A DNA stretch of 27,310 bases from a virus (IMGVR_UViG_3300025141_000598:1-27310); one strand, 5' to 3'; shown: positions 9,488 to 17,707, numbered from the stretch's first letter. Made by a program: numbers and translations. Notes: generated by a model not told the origin, from the letters alone.

Positions 9488-10099
9488 TCAGAACGGAATT
9501 TCTTCTGTCTCTTGTTGCTCATCGACAGAGCCATTCGTTTTGCTCTCATCAAGCGCTGTCTCTTCAAACGTATCTACTGTCGCTTCGAATGAATCGTCAG
9601 CTCGCCAACCTTGAATTTCAAACTCAGGTATTCTTGAACTACCTTTGCCGTAAGTGACTGCTTTTGATCCTGTGTATTCTATGACTGCAACTTTGCCTGC
9701 ATTTTCAGCAATTTGAGGATGCAACGCTGTATATAAAGCAAGAAAGCCTTGAGAGACGCCTTTTGCGTTTGATGACCATGTTCTTACACCGAGATCTTTT
9801 GTATAAATATCAATAGAAAAGCCTCTTTTGTATTTGAGTTTTTCATCTTCAGTGAGAAGGGTCCCATCATTGCGCTGTGTCGGAAGCGATTTACGAATTC
9901 CTACTTCATCGTCCCAGTGCCAGTCGGGTGAAAATCCCTCTTGAATCCAGCCCCAACCGCTTTTGATTGAGTTCGGATCAAGTAAGAATTTATCAATCGT
10001 TACTTCATCGTCACCTGCTTTCCAGCCGTTGACGCTGGGCATAAATTTGATGTATTTTCGTCCGTCCATATTGTCCTCTAGTCCTAGTAAATCACCCAT
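9488..10099 (-). CDS. Putative single-stranded DNA-binding protein
   Basis: Aromatic-rich beta protein with an acidic tail ending EEIPF (SSB-like C-terminus); upstream of the primase; AAGGAG RBS. Confidence 0.7.
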   Translation of the reverse strand: MGDLLGLEDNMDGRKYIKFMPSVNGWKAGDDEVTIDKFLLDPNSIKSGWGWIQEGFSPDWHWDDEVGIRKSLPTQRNDGTLLTEDEKLKYKRGFSIDIYTKDLGVRTWSSNAKGVSQGFLALYTALHPQIAENAGKVAVIEYTGSKAVTYGKGSSRIPEFEIQGWRADDSFEATVDTFEETALDESKTNGSVDEQQETEEIPF

Positions 10100-10112
10100 A
10101 GTTTTTCTCCTT

Positions 10113-10199
10113 TTAGTGAATAGTTATTATTAAAATGAAAACGACTGAGACTGTTATGATCGCAATCAGTTTTTCAAAATCATTGTTGTTGTAATGCAT
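10113..10199 (-). CDS. Small single-TM peptide (28 aa)
   Basis: Not in ORF track. MHYNNNDFEKLIAIITVSVVFILIITIH; starts 1 nt after the upstream stop and fills the gap to the next RBS. Confidence 0.5.
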   Translation of the reverse strand: MHYNNNDFEKLIAIITVSVVFILIITIH

Positions 10200-10200
10200 G

Positions 10201-11406
10201 TCAGTTCAAACTCTCAAATAAATCTTCTTGTAAATCTTTAATCTTCACTTTGCGAAGCGATGGATCTTTCGTCTTGTTGTTTTCACCCATGAACTCATGT
10301 GAATAGCAGATTCTTGAATAGTCATGTGTTAGCGTTGCAAAAGCGTGTCCGTTTCTTGCGTTGTTTCTCTCTTTTTCGTGATTTGCTCTGTCTCTCAGAT
10401 CTTTCATGTTGCTTGAGGTGGCTCTCCAGATCTTTGACTTTTCACGATATGCACCCATTCTCATATGTGCTGTTTTTGAATAGACTCGATAGCCTTCTTC
10501 TAATGCTATGTCTGCAATTGTGTCTGAGAGTCTTGCTCCTATGCCCAGACCTTGATAGTCGGGCAAAACAACTGTTCGACACAATCTGACAGCAGTGCGA
10601 TCATCGTTCTCATAATGAGGCGGATACCAACCCGGTTGTGGCATATAAGAGCTGAAGCCGACGATGTTGCTGTTCCAGATTGCTGTGTAACAAACAGCGC
10701 TTGTCGGTATTTCAGACGTTAAATAATGATGTTTCGCAAACATGTTCCATAAAGTGATTGGTGATTTGTAGACTTCAATATCAATTCGTGGTCGCCGAAG
10801 TGACCTCCTAGACAATCTTTGAGCGTCAGTGTCATAAACCCAATCGGGTTCTAACCACTCAAGTATGTCTTGATGACAGCTCGCGAGTACAACTCGTTTA
10901 AGCTGTTTTCTTTTAATGTATTTAGAAAATGCAACTGAACACGATTTTGCGACAGCTCTATTGACGACAGAAGAGTATTCATCAATGACGCAATTGTCTT
11001 TCAGTCGTCTTGCGAGATCAGCTCTGAAGCCCTCGCCATTTGAAAGTACATTTCTCGGCTTCGCCCAAGTCGGGATTGAGTTTAGTCCGACAGCTCCGAG
11101 TCTTTCTACAGCGTCATCTTCGTTTTCAAAGTGTGACGCAACAGATCGATTTCTGTGCCATGTTAATTGTTCTTCTTCACCGAATCTTTTGAGTAGGGTG
11201 CTTTTACCACTGCCGCTCGATCCGAAGATTATGCCCAATGTAAAGTCTTCTTCGATCTCTGGCATATCAGGCACAGTGAACTGTGTTGTGCCTGAAAATT
11301 CGAAGTCAAAATTTTTGTAGATCGTTTGATCAATCTCAGTCATTTCGATTTCACTGCTGAGAACTTCTTGCTCTTTCACAAAACTTGTTTGTCTAGCGTC
11401 AATCAT
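10201..11406 (-). CDS. ABC-type ATPase fused to a GNAT acyltransferase (soluble; candidate DNA-modifying enzyme)
   Basis: Walker A GSSGSGKS, ABC signature LSNGE, Walker B VIDEYSS, H-loop ASCH; C-terminal FAKHHYL and acetyl-CoA motif RTVVLPDYQGLGIG; no TM segments. Confidence 0.88.
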   Translation of the reverse strand: MIDARQTSFVKEQEVLSSEIEMTEIDQTIYKNFDFEFSGTTQFTVPDMPEIEEDFTLGIIFGSSGSGKSTLLKRFGEEEQLTWHRNRSVASHFENEDDAVERLGAVGLNSIPTWAKPRNVLSNGEGFRADLARRLKDNCVIDEYSSVVNRAVAKSCSVAFSKYIKRKQLKRVVLASCHQDILEWLEPDWVYDTDAQRLSRRSLRRPRIDIEVYKSPITLWNMFAKHHYLTSEIPTSAVCYTAIWNSNIVGFSSYMPQPGWYPPHYENDDRTAVRLCRTVVLPDYQGLGIGARLSDTIADIALEEGYRVYSKTAHMRMGAYREKSKIWRATSSNMKDLRDRANHEKERNNARNGHAFATLTHDYSRICYSHEFMGENNKTKDPSLRKVKIKDLQEDLFESLN

Positions 11407-11582
11407 CAGTGAATCACTCGCTCATGAAACTCAACACACAATTGCTCGAAGCGCTCATTGATGTAATCTTCGTATTCGAGATGTTCTTTCTCGTTTGATT
11501 TGCAATACTTGACATATTCTTCGTGCATCCATTTGACGAAGTCTAAGAACTCATCGAAATGTCTGTTCTTAATATCAGACAT
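11406..11582 (-). CDS. Small hypothetical protein (58 aa)
   Basis: Start reassigned to ATG 11582 (MSDIKNRHF...HERVIH), overlapping the end of the resolvase gene. Confidence 0.7.
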   Translation of the reverse strand: MSDIKNRHFDEFLDFVKWMHEEYVKYCKSNEKEHLEYEDYINERFEQLCVEFHERVIH

Positions 11583-12009
11583 CACTACGAGCTTTAATGA
11601 AGCCAATGAATAGATAAATAAATTGATCAAAGTGCATACGAGCAGGGTATTCGCTGAACTCGACATCGTAACTTTCATCGACAAAGTTAAACATCATCAC
11701 AGGAAACTGAACTTGTATGTCTTGATAGTCGTACTTGTAAATCAGAATCGGTATCTCTTGTCTCTCTTCACAGACATCACAGACTTGTTTCCACCATTCG
11801 TTGCGTGGTAAATCATTCGCTTGTTTCGCATATCGCTTACATTCTATTTGAAAATTATCAAGCCCAACGAGATCTGCGCCGCCATCTCTTGTTTGATTCA
11901 GATTGCGCTCAAGAGAGTAGGGCAGATGATAGTTCTCAAGCTCACGATTGATCATGTTCTTGATCGTGTTTTCAAATGAATGTCCTTTTACTCTACTAGC
12001 TTTCGACAC
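11575..12009 (-). CDS. Holliday-junction resolvase-like PD-(D/E)XK nuclease
   Basis: SRVKGHSFE, GGADL, IECKR, WWKQ and PILIYK pattern; GTG start; in the replication module. Confidence 0.8.
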   Translation of the reverse strand: MSKASRVKGHSFENTIKNMINRELENYHLPYSLERNLNQTRDGGADLVGLDNFQIECKRYAKQANDLPRNEWWKQVCDVCEERQEIPILIYKYDYQDIQVQFPVMMFNFVDESYDVEFSEYPARMHFDQFIYLFIGFIKARSDV

Positions 12010-12154
12010 GTTCTTTCTCTTCTCTTAATGCTCTGCGCAACATGTTACTGATAAGATCTTTAATCTTCTGTTGCTTGAAATCCGCCAATGCGCGGACTTC
12101 TTGATGTAATTCTTCATCGATCCACAGTGCTTTTTTTGTTTCTTGTTCGCTCAT
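11996..12154 (-). CDS. Ribbon-helix-helix (Arc/CopG-like) regulator, 52 aa
   Basis: Not in ORF track. MSEQETKKALWIDEELHQEVRALADFKQQKIKDLISNMLRRALREEKERVES; first gene of the leftward operon. Confidence 0.7.
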   Translation of the reverse strand: MSEQETKKALWIDEELHQEVRALADFKQQKIKDLISNMLRRALREEKERVES

Positions 12155-12351
12155 CTTTTGCAAGTCAATAAATTCAGTATCAAACAGACGTATGTTATTA
12201 GTAATGTGTCAATATTAAATATATATTTTTATATATTACAATTTGAATATAGATGATGAACAGATGACAGAATGATAAATAATGATTGTTTACAGATAAC
12301 AGCCGTGTATTATTATATATATTAATAATTAGTTTTTTATAGGAGAACGAA
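12155..12351. promoter_or_regulatory. AT-rich divergent control region
   Basis: Transcription diverges here. Rightward TTTACA (12289-94), 16 nt, TATTAT (12311-16); leftward TTGACA at 12212-12207 with no well-spaced -10; CAGATRACAG repeated at 12261 and 12293. Confidence 0.6.
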
Positions 12352-12639
12352 ATGGAAACACTCAACAAAAAAATAGAACCTTTTGTCTTTATATCTGCGG
12401 ATGAATGGAAAAAACAGTTAGAAAAAAACAATGCTCATATAATAGAAGAAACTGGTGAACATTTTATTATGGGATGGAATCCAAAAACCTGTAGTAATTT
12501 TGCTCAAACTGTAGAGATTCATCCAGTATTAAGAATGAATTACATGAGACCCAAAATCGGTTCCATGAAGGATTGGGAAGAAAAAACTTTAAGAGCAAAA
12601 TTGGAAGAACATCAAACAAACAACAGGGCAGCCAATTAA
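12352..12639 (+). CDS. Early hypothetical protein (95 aa)
   Basis: Strong AGGAG RBS; followed by a terminator. Confidence 0.8.
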   Translation: METLNKKIEPFVFISADEWKKQLEKNNAHIIEETGEHFIMGWNPKTCSNFAQTVEIHPVLRMNYMRPKIGSMKDWEEKTLRAKLEEHQTNNRAAN

Positions 12640-12652
12640 GGCTGCCTTTTTT
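12627..12652 (+). terminator. Rho-independent terminator
   Basis: GGCAGCC-AATTAA-GGCTGCC-TTTTTT. Confidence 0.75.
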
Positions 12653-12665
12653 ATAGGAGAACGAA

Positions 12666-13193
12666 ATGAAACTAAAATTAGAAACAATGAAAAACAGTCC
12701 TTTTTATATATCAACGGAGAATCTGATATATGACGAGTGTGATAATTACAAACAATCTCTGACAGCAAAAAACAAAATTGCTAAAGCCAGACTTATTAGA
12801 GTCAACAAAATGATCACCGAAGAAAGAAAAAGAATCAAAGCGATAATTGATGAATTTGGTGAAAATCACGATATGGACATTAAAACAAGGATAAATGATC
12901 TTGTTCGTTATCGTAAAGAGTTCAAGAAAGAAATTGAACAGGTTGCGACTGAGTATAGCTTCAGAAGAAAAATCAATGCATTACTTAAAAAGCATAGCTA
13001 TTTATCTGTGCTTTGGGATGGTGATCACGATGTTTTTACTACTTGGGTTTACTCAGATGATTTCGATGCTGAGAAAGACTTTGAAGGTGATCCATTTCAA
13101 GCCGAACACTTTTGCGATGATTATGAAGAAGCATACGAAAGATGTTTGGCCTACATTGAGCATCATGAAACCAAAAACAGGGCAGCCAATTAA
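12666..13193 (+). CDS. Early hypothetical protein (175 aa)
   Basis: AGGAG RBS; basic helical N-terminal half, acidic/aromatic C-terminal half. Confidence 0.8.
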   Translation: MKLKLETMKNSPFYISTENLIYDECDNYKQSLTAKNKIAKARLIRVNKMITEERKRIKAIIDEFGENHDMDIKTRINDLVRYRKEFKKEIEQVATEYSFRRKINALLKKHSYLSVLWDGDHDVFTTWVYSDDFDAEKDFEGDPFQAEHFCDDYEEAYERCLAYIEHHETKNRAAN

Positions 13194-13194
13194 T

Positions 13195-14022
13195 ATGCAC
13201 GCAACATATAGACATTATTACATAACAACAGGCGCTTCTGCGAAGCTCTACACATTGCGCTGTCATGAGCGTTTCACAGTAAGTCTACCAACTGGTGGCG
13301 CTCGACAACATGAGACTGACTATCACATTAAAACTCTTTGTGCTGACTCAGATCGTGCGATAAAGAAAGCACACGAATACGTTGACACTAAACACGCAGA
13401 CGATGAGACGAAACCGAAACTTATGACTGAAGGTGCAAAACAGAAAACATACAAAATCACGCACAGAAGCCCAGAAGTGATCGAGCGCATCAGAACAAGA
13501 AAAGCGTTTTCTGAAGGCATAAGAAAAGGACTCGCATTCAAAAAGTGGACAATCGAAGCACACAAAAAACTCGATGACGAGATTGTTCCATTCGGTTACT
13601 GGAAAGATGTAAAGATCGAAGAAATGCCAATGAAGAACATTCAATACTTTGCGAGTCTGACTGAGTACAAAAGCGAGATACATAAAAGATTGTCAGATCT
13701 TTGTAAGCCACACTGCAAAGATGTGTTTGAAGATCGCAACAAGCATTTTGCAAACATCAATGAAAAGAAAAACATCAAAGCAATGATTGTGAAAATTGAT
13801 CGTTATGAAACTGATTACGGTGTTCATACTTCAGTGCATTACATCACAGAGCAAGGTCAAAGACTCAAAACATTCGGATCATGCACTACAGCGTTTAATA
13901 GAGCGCTTGTCGATGATTACAGCGTATATGACATGATTGAGTTTGAAGCGACAGTTAAAGAACACAAAGCTTTTGAGACGTATAAATCTACAAAATTAAT
14001 ACGACCAAAATTAACAAAATAA
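13195..14022 (+). CDS. Early protein (275 aa) with a PFG-type motif and probable C-terminal OB fold
   Basis: Start reassigned to ATG 13195 (TAA-T-ATG coupling). VPFGYWKDVKIEEMP resembles DUF3820/QSregVF-like PFGKYKG modules; the C-terminus IEFEATVKEHK...TKLIRPK looks OB-like. Confidence 0.7.
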   Translation: MHATYRHYYITTGASAKLYTLRCHERFTVSLPTGGARQHETDYHIKTLCADSDRAIKKAHEYVDTKHADDETKPKLMTEGAKQKTYKITHRSPEVIERIRTRKAFSEGIRKGLAFKKWTIEAHKKLDDEIVPFGYWKDVKIEEMPMKNIQYFASLTEYKSEIHKRLSDLCKPHCKDVFEDRNKHFANINEKKNIKAMIVKIDRYETDYGVHTSVHYITEQGQRLKTFGSCTTAFNRALVDDYSVYDMIEFEATVKEHKAFETYKSTKLIRPKLTK

Positions 14023-14045
14023 TTTCACATACATAGGAGAACGAA

Positions 14046-14231
14046 ATGGAAACGAAAAACAATGAAGAAAGGCTTGTGCAAGATATAAAAGGAGTCTTAG
14101 AACTTATCAATTTTGAACTTGACTACCCTAATAAAAATTCTGTTCATTCGCATCAGATAAGCCTTCATCAAAAAGTATCGGAATTAAGGGAATTATTGAT
14201 TCGGTTAGATTTCGAATATCAAGAAGAATAA
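14046..14231 (+). CDS. Hypothetical protein (61 aa)
   Basis: Same ATAGGAGAACGAAATG leader as the upstream early genes. Confidence 0.75.
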   Translation: METKNNEERLVQDIKGVLELINFELDYPNKNSVHSHQISLHQKVSELRELLIRLDFEYQEE

Positions 14232-14254
14232 TTAATTTTACATAGGAGAGAGAA

Positions 14255-14998
14255 ATGAAACGCAAAAAGCGTTCACAAACGCACGGGAAAATCGTCACAC
14301 TCATTCGACTCAATAAATATGAGAGTGAACTGTCTTTAGCTGAGAGAAGAAAGCTATTAAAAAAACAACGCGCAGAGATCGAAGACTATCTCGGATCAGG
14401 CGCACACAAACACAAAGAAAGAAAGTGGCATTACGTTGAGTTGCATCACAGTAACCCTTATAAAATGCCTGAGTTTGAGAAAGCGATCAAACACGCAATA
14501 CGCAAAAGAGCAGACATTGTTCTGAATCGTATCGGCACACGCATGAAGAATCTCAAGTTCATCGATCTCGTTTATGACGCGAGCGAGAATCATAGCGTTA
14601 ATTTTTATGTGTGCTATCAGAGCGAAAAACCGATCGATGCGAGCGTTCTAGTTGCAATCAGTAATGAGCATAGAGCAGAAGTGTCTCGCAACACGAAATA
14701 CGCACTCGCAAAGCTCAAACGCAAAGGAGTAAAGCTCGGATCAAAAGACATCGACAAGCTCACTGAACACGCAGTCAAGTCGCACACAGACAAGCGCTTA
14801 GAGTTTGCTGTGAAGATGCGACCTGTTGTTGAAGAGATACAACAATACGGCGCAACAACGCTCACAGAGATTGCGAAAGCGCTCAATAATCGTGAGATTA
14901 AAACGCGATACAAGTCACACAAGTCGAGCTGGCACGCTTCAACAGTCAGCAACTTACTTAAAAGCATAAAAGAACTGAAAGAGGGAGAGAAATCATGA
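14255..14998 (+). CDS. Serine recombinase/resolvase homologue, catalytic motifs degenerate
   Basis: MPEFEKAI, VSRNTKYALAKLKRKGVKLGS and TTLTEIAKALNNREIKT...WHASTVSNLL match resolvase plus recombinase-type DNA-binding domain. YxRVS appears as LIRLN. Confidence 0.8.
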   Translation: MKRKKRSQTHGKIVTLIRLNKYESELSLAERRKLLKKQRAEIEDYLGSGAHKHKERKWHYVELHHSNPYKMPEFEKAIKHAIRKRADIVLNRIGTRMKNLKFIDLVYDASENHSVNFYVCYQSEKPIDASVLVAISNEHRAEVSRNTKYALAKLKRKGVKLGSKDIDKLTEHAVKSHTDKRLEFAVKMRPVVEEIQQYGATTLTEIAKALNNREIKTRYKSHKSSWHASTVSNLLKSIKELKEGEKS

Positions 14999-15546
14999 GA
15001 GGAAGTAAACGATATGAGAGCATCGATGCGTTGATTGAGTCCTCACCTTATCGAGATGAGCCCGACAAAAATGAAGTTTTAAAACTGTTTTCAGGCGCAA
15101 TGCTACTAAGAATGCTTCATCACGATGTGAAGAAAATAAACGGAAGCAAAGAGGCGATTCAGCTGGGAATGTTTGTGAGTGAGAGTGGATATCTAGCTGT
15201 ACAACTGCTCGTCTCAGTGATTCTTCTGCGCGGAGCCAGCAAGAAGATTTCATCCTCAGACCTGTTCCTTAGTATGTATGCGCTGGGAATAGCCGCTTCT
15301 AAAAGCAGTGTGGATAAGACGCTCAAATCAGCAGTCGATCATGATGTCTTCACCAAGCATCAGGGCACCGATAAAAGGTCGTATCACTACGATCTGAATC
15401 ACGACATGATTGAGCCGTTTAATCGATTCATGACCGATTACTTTTCACGCATAACCAATCTTAGCCCAGAGGACTTTGATGAAGTTCGACAAGGCGTGTT
15501 TCCAGCGAGTGAAGTGCCCAAAATGTTTAAGGCACTGCTCAAATAA
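14995..15546 (+). CDS. MarR-like winged-helix DNA-binding protein
   Basis: SKSSVDKTLKSAVDHDVFTKHQGTDKRSYHY fits a recognition helix plus DxR wing; ATGA-coupled to the upstream gene. Confidence 0.65.
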   Translation: MRGSKRYESIDALIESSPYRDEPDKNEVLKLFSGAMLLRMLHHDVKKINGSKEAIQLGMFVSESGYLAVQLLVSVILLRGASKKISSSDLFLSMYALGIAASKSSVDKTLKSAVDHDVFTKHQGTDKRSYHYDLNHDMIEPFNRFMTDYFSRITNLSPEDFDEVRQGVFPASEVPKMFKALLK

Positions 15547-15564
15547 TAAGGTTAAAAAATGAAC

Positions 15565-15608
15565 CGTAAATTACAACGTAAATTACAACGTATATTACAA
15601 CGTATATT
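15565..15608. repeat. 12-bp tandem repeat CGTAWATTACAA x3.7
   Basis: Units at 15565, 15577, 15589 and a partial unit at 15601. Confidence 0.9.
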
Positions 15609-15660
15609 TTAATGCAATTGTTCTTGCAATGATGAAAAGGGTCTATAAATTAATGATGAA

Positions 15661-15990
15661 ATGAAGATGAAAGAAAGAGACGAAATAACACCAAGCTGGG
15701 CATACTTAGATATCAAAGAGACGTGTCAAACAAACGGAAAGCTGAAAAAGCAAGCAAAAGGAAAGCGAATACACGCACGTCTAGCGAGCAGAGCAGACGT
15801 TATTGACTTCGCAACAGTCTTAGAAAGTTTGTACGAGCGAGTGTTGCATTATCTTAGAACGAATGACTCGAACGATCTCTGGCTCGTCTCTGACGTAAGA
15901 AAAGCGATGGAAGACGCAAACACAAATCACGAAACGCTCATAGAGAAGCGTTTGATCAAAGAAAAGAACAAATACAGCGACAACGAATGA
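15661..15990 (+). CDS. Hypothetical protein (109 aa)
   Basis: ORF with core-genome codon style; exact start uncertain (MKMKE). Confidence 0.7.
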   Translation: MKMKERDEITPSWAYLDIKETCQTNGKLKKQAKGKRIHARLASRADVIDFATVLESLYERVLHYLRTNDSNDLWLVSDVRKAMEDANTNHETLIEKRLIKEKNKYSDNE

Positions 15991-16271
15991 ATCAACGATT
16001 GGTAAAAGAAAGCAGAACAGCGTTTGATAATCGTAATGTTACAAATAACGAGTTTCAGCAATCGACTCTGATTGCGAAAAATCAATGAAAACCAATAAAC
16101 ACAGCGAAAGCGGGAATATGAACAAATATAGACATATGCGTATAATATATATTAATTTTCCTATTTTAAGAGAGATAAGAGCTTTAAAACTTTTTCTTCT
16201 TCTTAATACAATAGAAAATCCACGTCTGTTATTCGTATTCTTGCAATCGCTCTTTACTACAGGAGAGCATT

Positions 16272-16520
16272 ATGCAAGCACTACAACAATACAGAGATCG
16301 TGAATATCACACTTTCATACTTTTAGATCAGAAGAATGAAGTCGGTGGAAACACCATAACTGTCAGAAAAGACAGCATCTATTCGTATTTTGCAGATCGT
16401 TCAGATTCGTCAGCTACGATAACAACACCTGAAGGTACGTTCACTGTAACGATGTCGCCTTATGACATTCAAAAGATGATCACGAAGCACATCACATGGA
16501 GACAAACCAATGGTCGGTAA
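16272..16520 (+). CDS. Hypothetical protein (82 aa)
   Basis: AGGAG RBS; overlaps the start of the next gene. Confidence 0.75.
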   Translation: MQALQQYRDREYHTFILLDQKNEVGGNTITVRKDSIYSYFADRSDSSATITTPEGTFTVTMSPYDIQKMITKHITWRQTNGR

Positions 16521-17469
16521 AGTAACAGACGATGGCGGTGCTTCTGCAAGCGGTGTCTCAGCGCTTCTTGGTAACAATCCTTACAAGTCAAGAACTGAAT
16601 TGCTTGACGAGAAGATCAGAGCGCGAGATGGTGAAAACATAAGACTAGATGAACAGCCATCTATAATGAGAATGGGTGACGTTCTTGAAAACACTGTGCT
16701 TGATGAAGCGTGTCTCAGAATGGGTCTCGATAATGTCAGATTGAATATTGATGAGCCACTAATACATGAGCGATTACCGATACAGGGAAGTCCTGATGGG
16801 ATTGCAAGTGCTGGAGCCAATAACACAATCGTGATAGGCACTGATTACGACAAATGCATATTTACGCCTGATAGTGACATTGTTCAACTCAAAGGCGATG
16901 GCATCTTAGAGTGTAAGTGTACGAGTGCATTTCCTGAAGATGTGCTTCCTGCATGGCGCGGTAAAGATCAACTCTTCGCAAACATGGAGTGTGCAAACAT
17001 GACATGGGGCGCTGTTGTCGTACTCTATCAAAGTGTTTTCTTAAAGATATTTGTGTACACGCGAAACGAAGATTGGGTCAAAAGATTCGAGTCGGCTGTG
17101 ATTGACTTTGAGAGACGCATCGTTGAGCAAGATTATTATGATCCTGAAAGTTCTGAAGATTGCGACATTTTATATCCGAACGATGCTGAAGAAACAATCG
17201 AGCTTGAAGACGATCTTGAACATCATTTTTCTGAGATCTTACATGCGAAGAGTCTAATCAAGAACGTTCAGCAATCAATCAAAGATCATGAAGCTGTGAT
17301 TAAAGAACACATGCAAGAAAACAAACACGCATTATGTGGCACACACAGAGCAACGTGGGGAAGTCGTACATATAAAGCACAAAAAGAGAAGATTGTTCCT
17401 GCTAAAGAAGCGTACACAATTCGATCTAAAACATTATCAATCAGAGAGGAAGATTATGGACTTGACTAA
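16510..17469 (+). CDS. YqaJ-like viral recombinase / lambda-exonuclease family nuclease
   Basis: SASGVSALLGNNPYKSRTEL, MRMGDVLE, GSPDG and ILECK motifs. Confidence 0.9.
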   Translation: MVGKVTDDGGASASGVSALLGNNPYKSRTELLDEKIRARDGENIRLDEQPSIMRMGDVLENTVLDEACLRMGLDNVRLNIDEPLIHERLPIQGSPDGIASAGANNTIVIGTDYDKCIFTPDSDIVQLKGDGILECKCTSAFPEDVLPAWRGKDQLFANMECANMTWGAVVVLYQSVFLKIFVYTRNEDWVKRFESAVIDFERRIVEQDYYDPESSEDCDILYPNDAEETIELEDDLEHHFSEILHAKSLIKNVQQSIKDHEAVIKEHMQENKHALCGTHRATWGSRTYKAQKEKIVPAKEAYTIRSKTLSIREEDYGLD

Positions 17470-17707
17470 AAAATATGTTGGCAAAGTTGCATACAACAGA
17501 CAAAAGAACATGACTGAAACTTATGAAGCAATCAAAGTGTTTGCTGAAAAGACTGGACACACACCAACGCGTGTTGAGCTTGCAAAGCACATGAGCATCG
17601 GTCTAGGCGCAATAGACAAGCGCTTACAGCATTTGTTTAATCACTGTGAGTTTGTCGATAAAGACGAGAAGAACGGGCAAATAGTTCTCTATAACGAAGA
17701 TGTGTAA
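17456..17707 (+). CDS. LexA-N-like winged-helix protein (83 aa), no peptidase domain
   Basis: Start reassigned to ATG 17456 (GAGG RBS); TYEAIKVFAEKTGHTPTRVELAKHM resembles the LexA DNA-binding domain. Confidence 0.7.
   Translation: MDLTKKYVGKVAYNRQKNMTETYEAIKVFAEKTGHTPTRVELAKHMSIGLGAIDKRLQHLFNHCEFVDKDEKNGQIVLYNEDV

Noticed and set aside
12895-13194. 100-aa N-terminal extension of ORF 12895..14022
   Set aside because: Overlaps the RBS-led gene 12666..13193 in another frame; ATG 13195 is coupled to its stop.
12333-14260. CRISPR array or integron interpretation of the early repeats
   Set aside because: Spacing is gene-sized and irregular, no cas genes, and no attC-type GTTRRRY/RYYYAAC structure seen.
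16135-16163. dif-like sequence ATGCGTATAA-TATATA-TTAATTTT
   Set aside because: The left half resembles a XerC arm but the XerD arm (TTATGTTAAAT) is missing; more likely an AT-rich promoter.
15987-16303. ATGA-coupled small ORFs 15987..16088 and 16085..16303
   Set aside because: No RBS or motif, and they cross AT-rich promoter-like DNA; cannot be supported or excluded.
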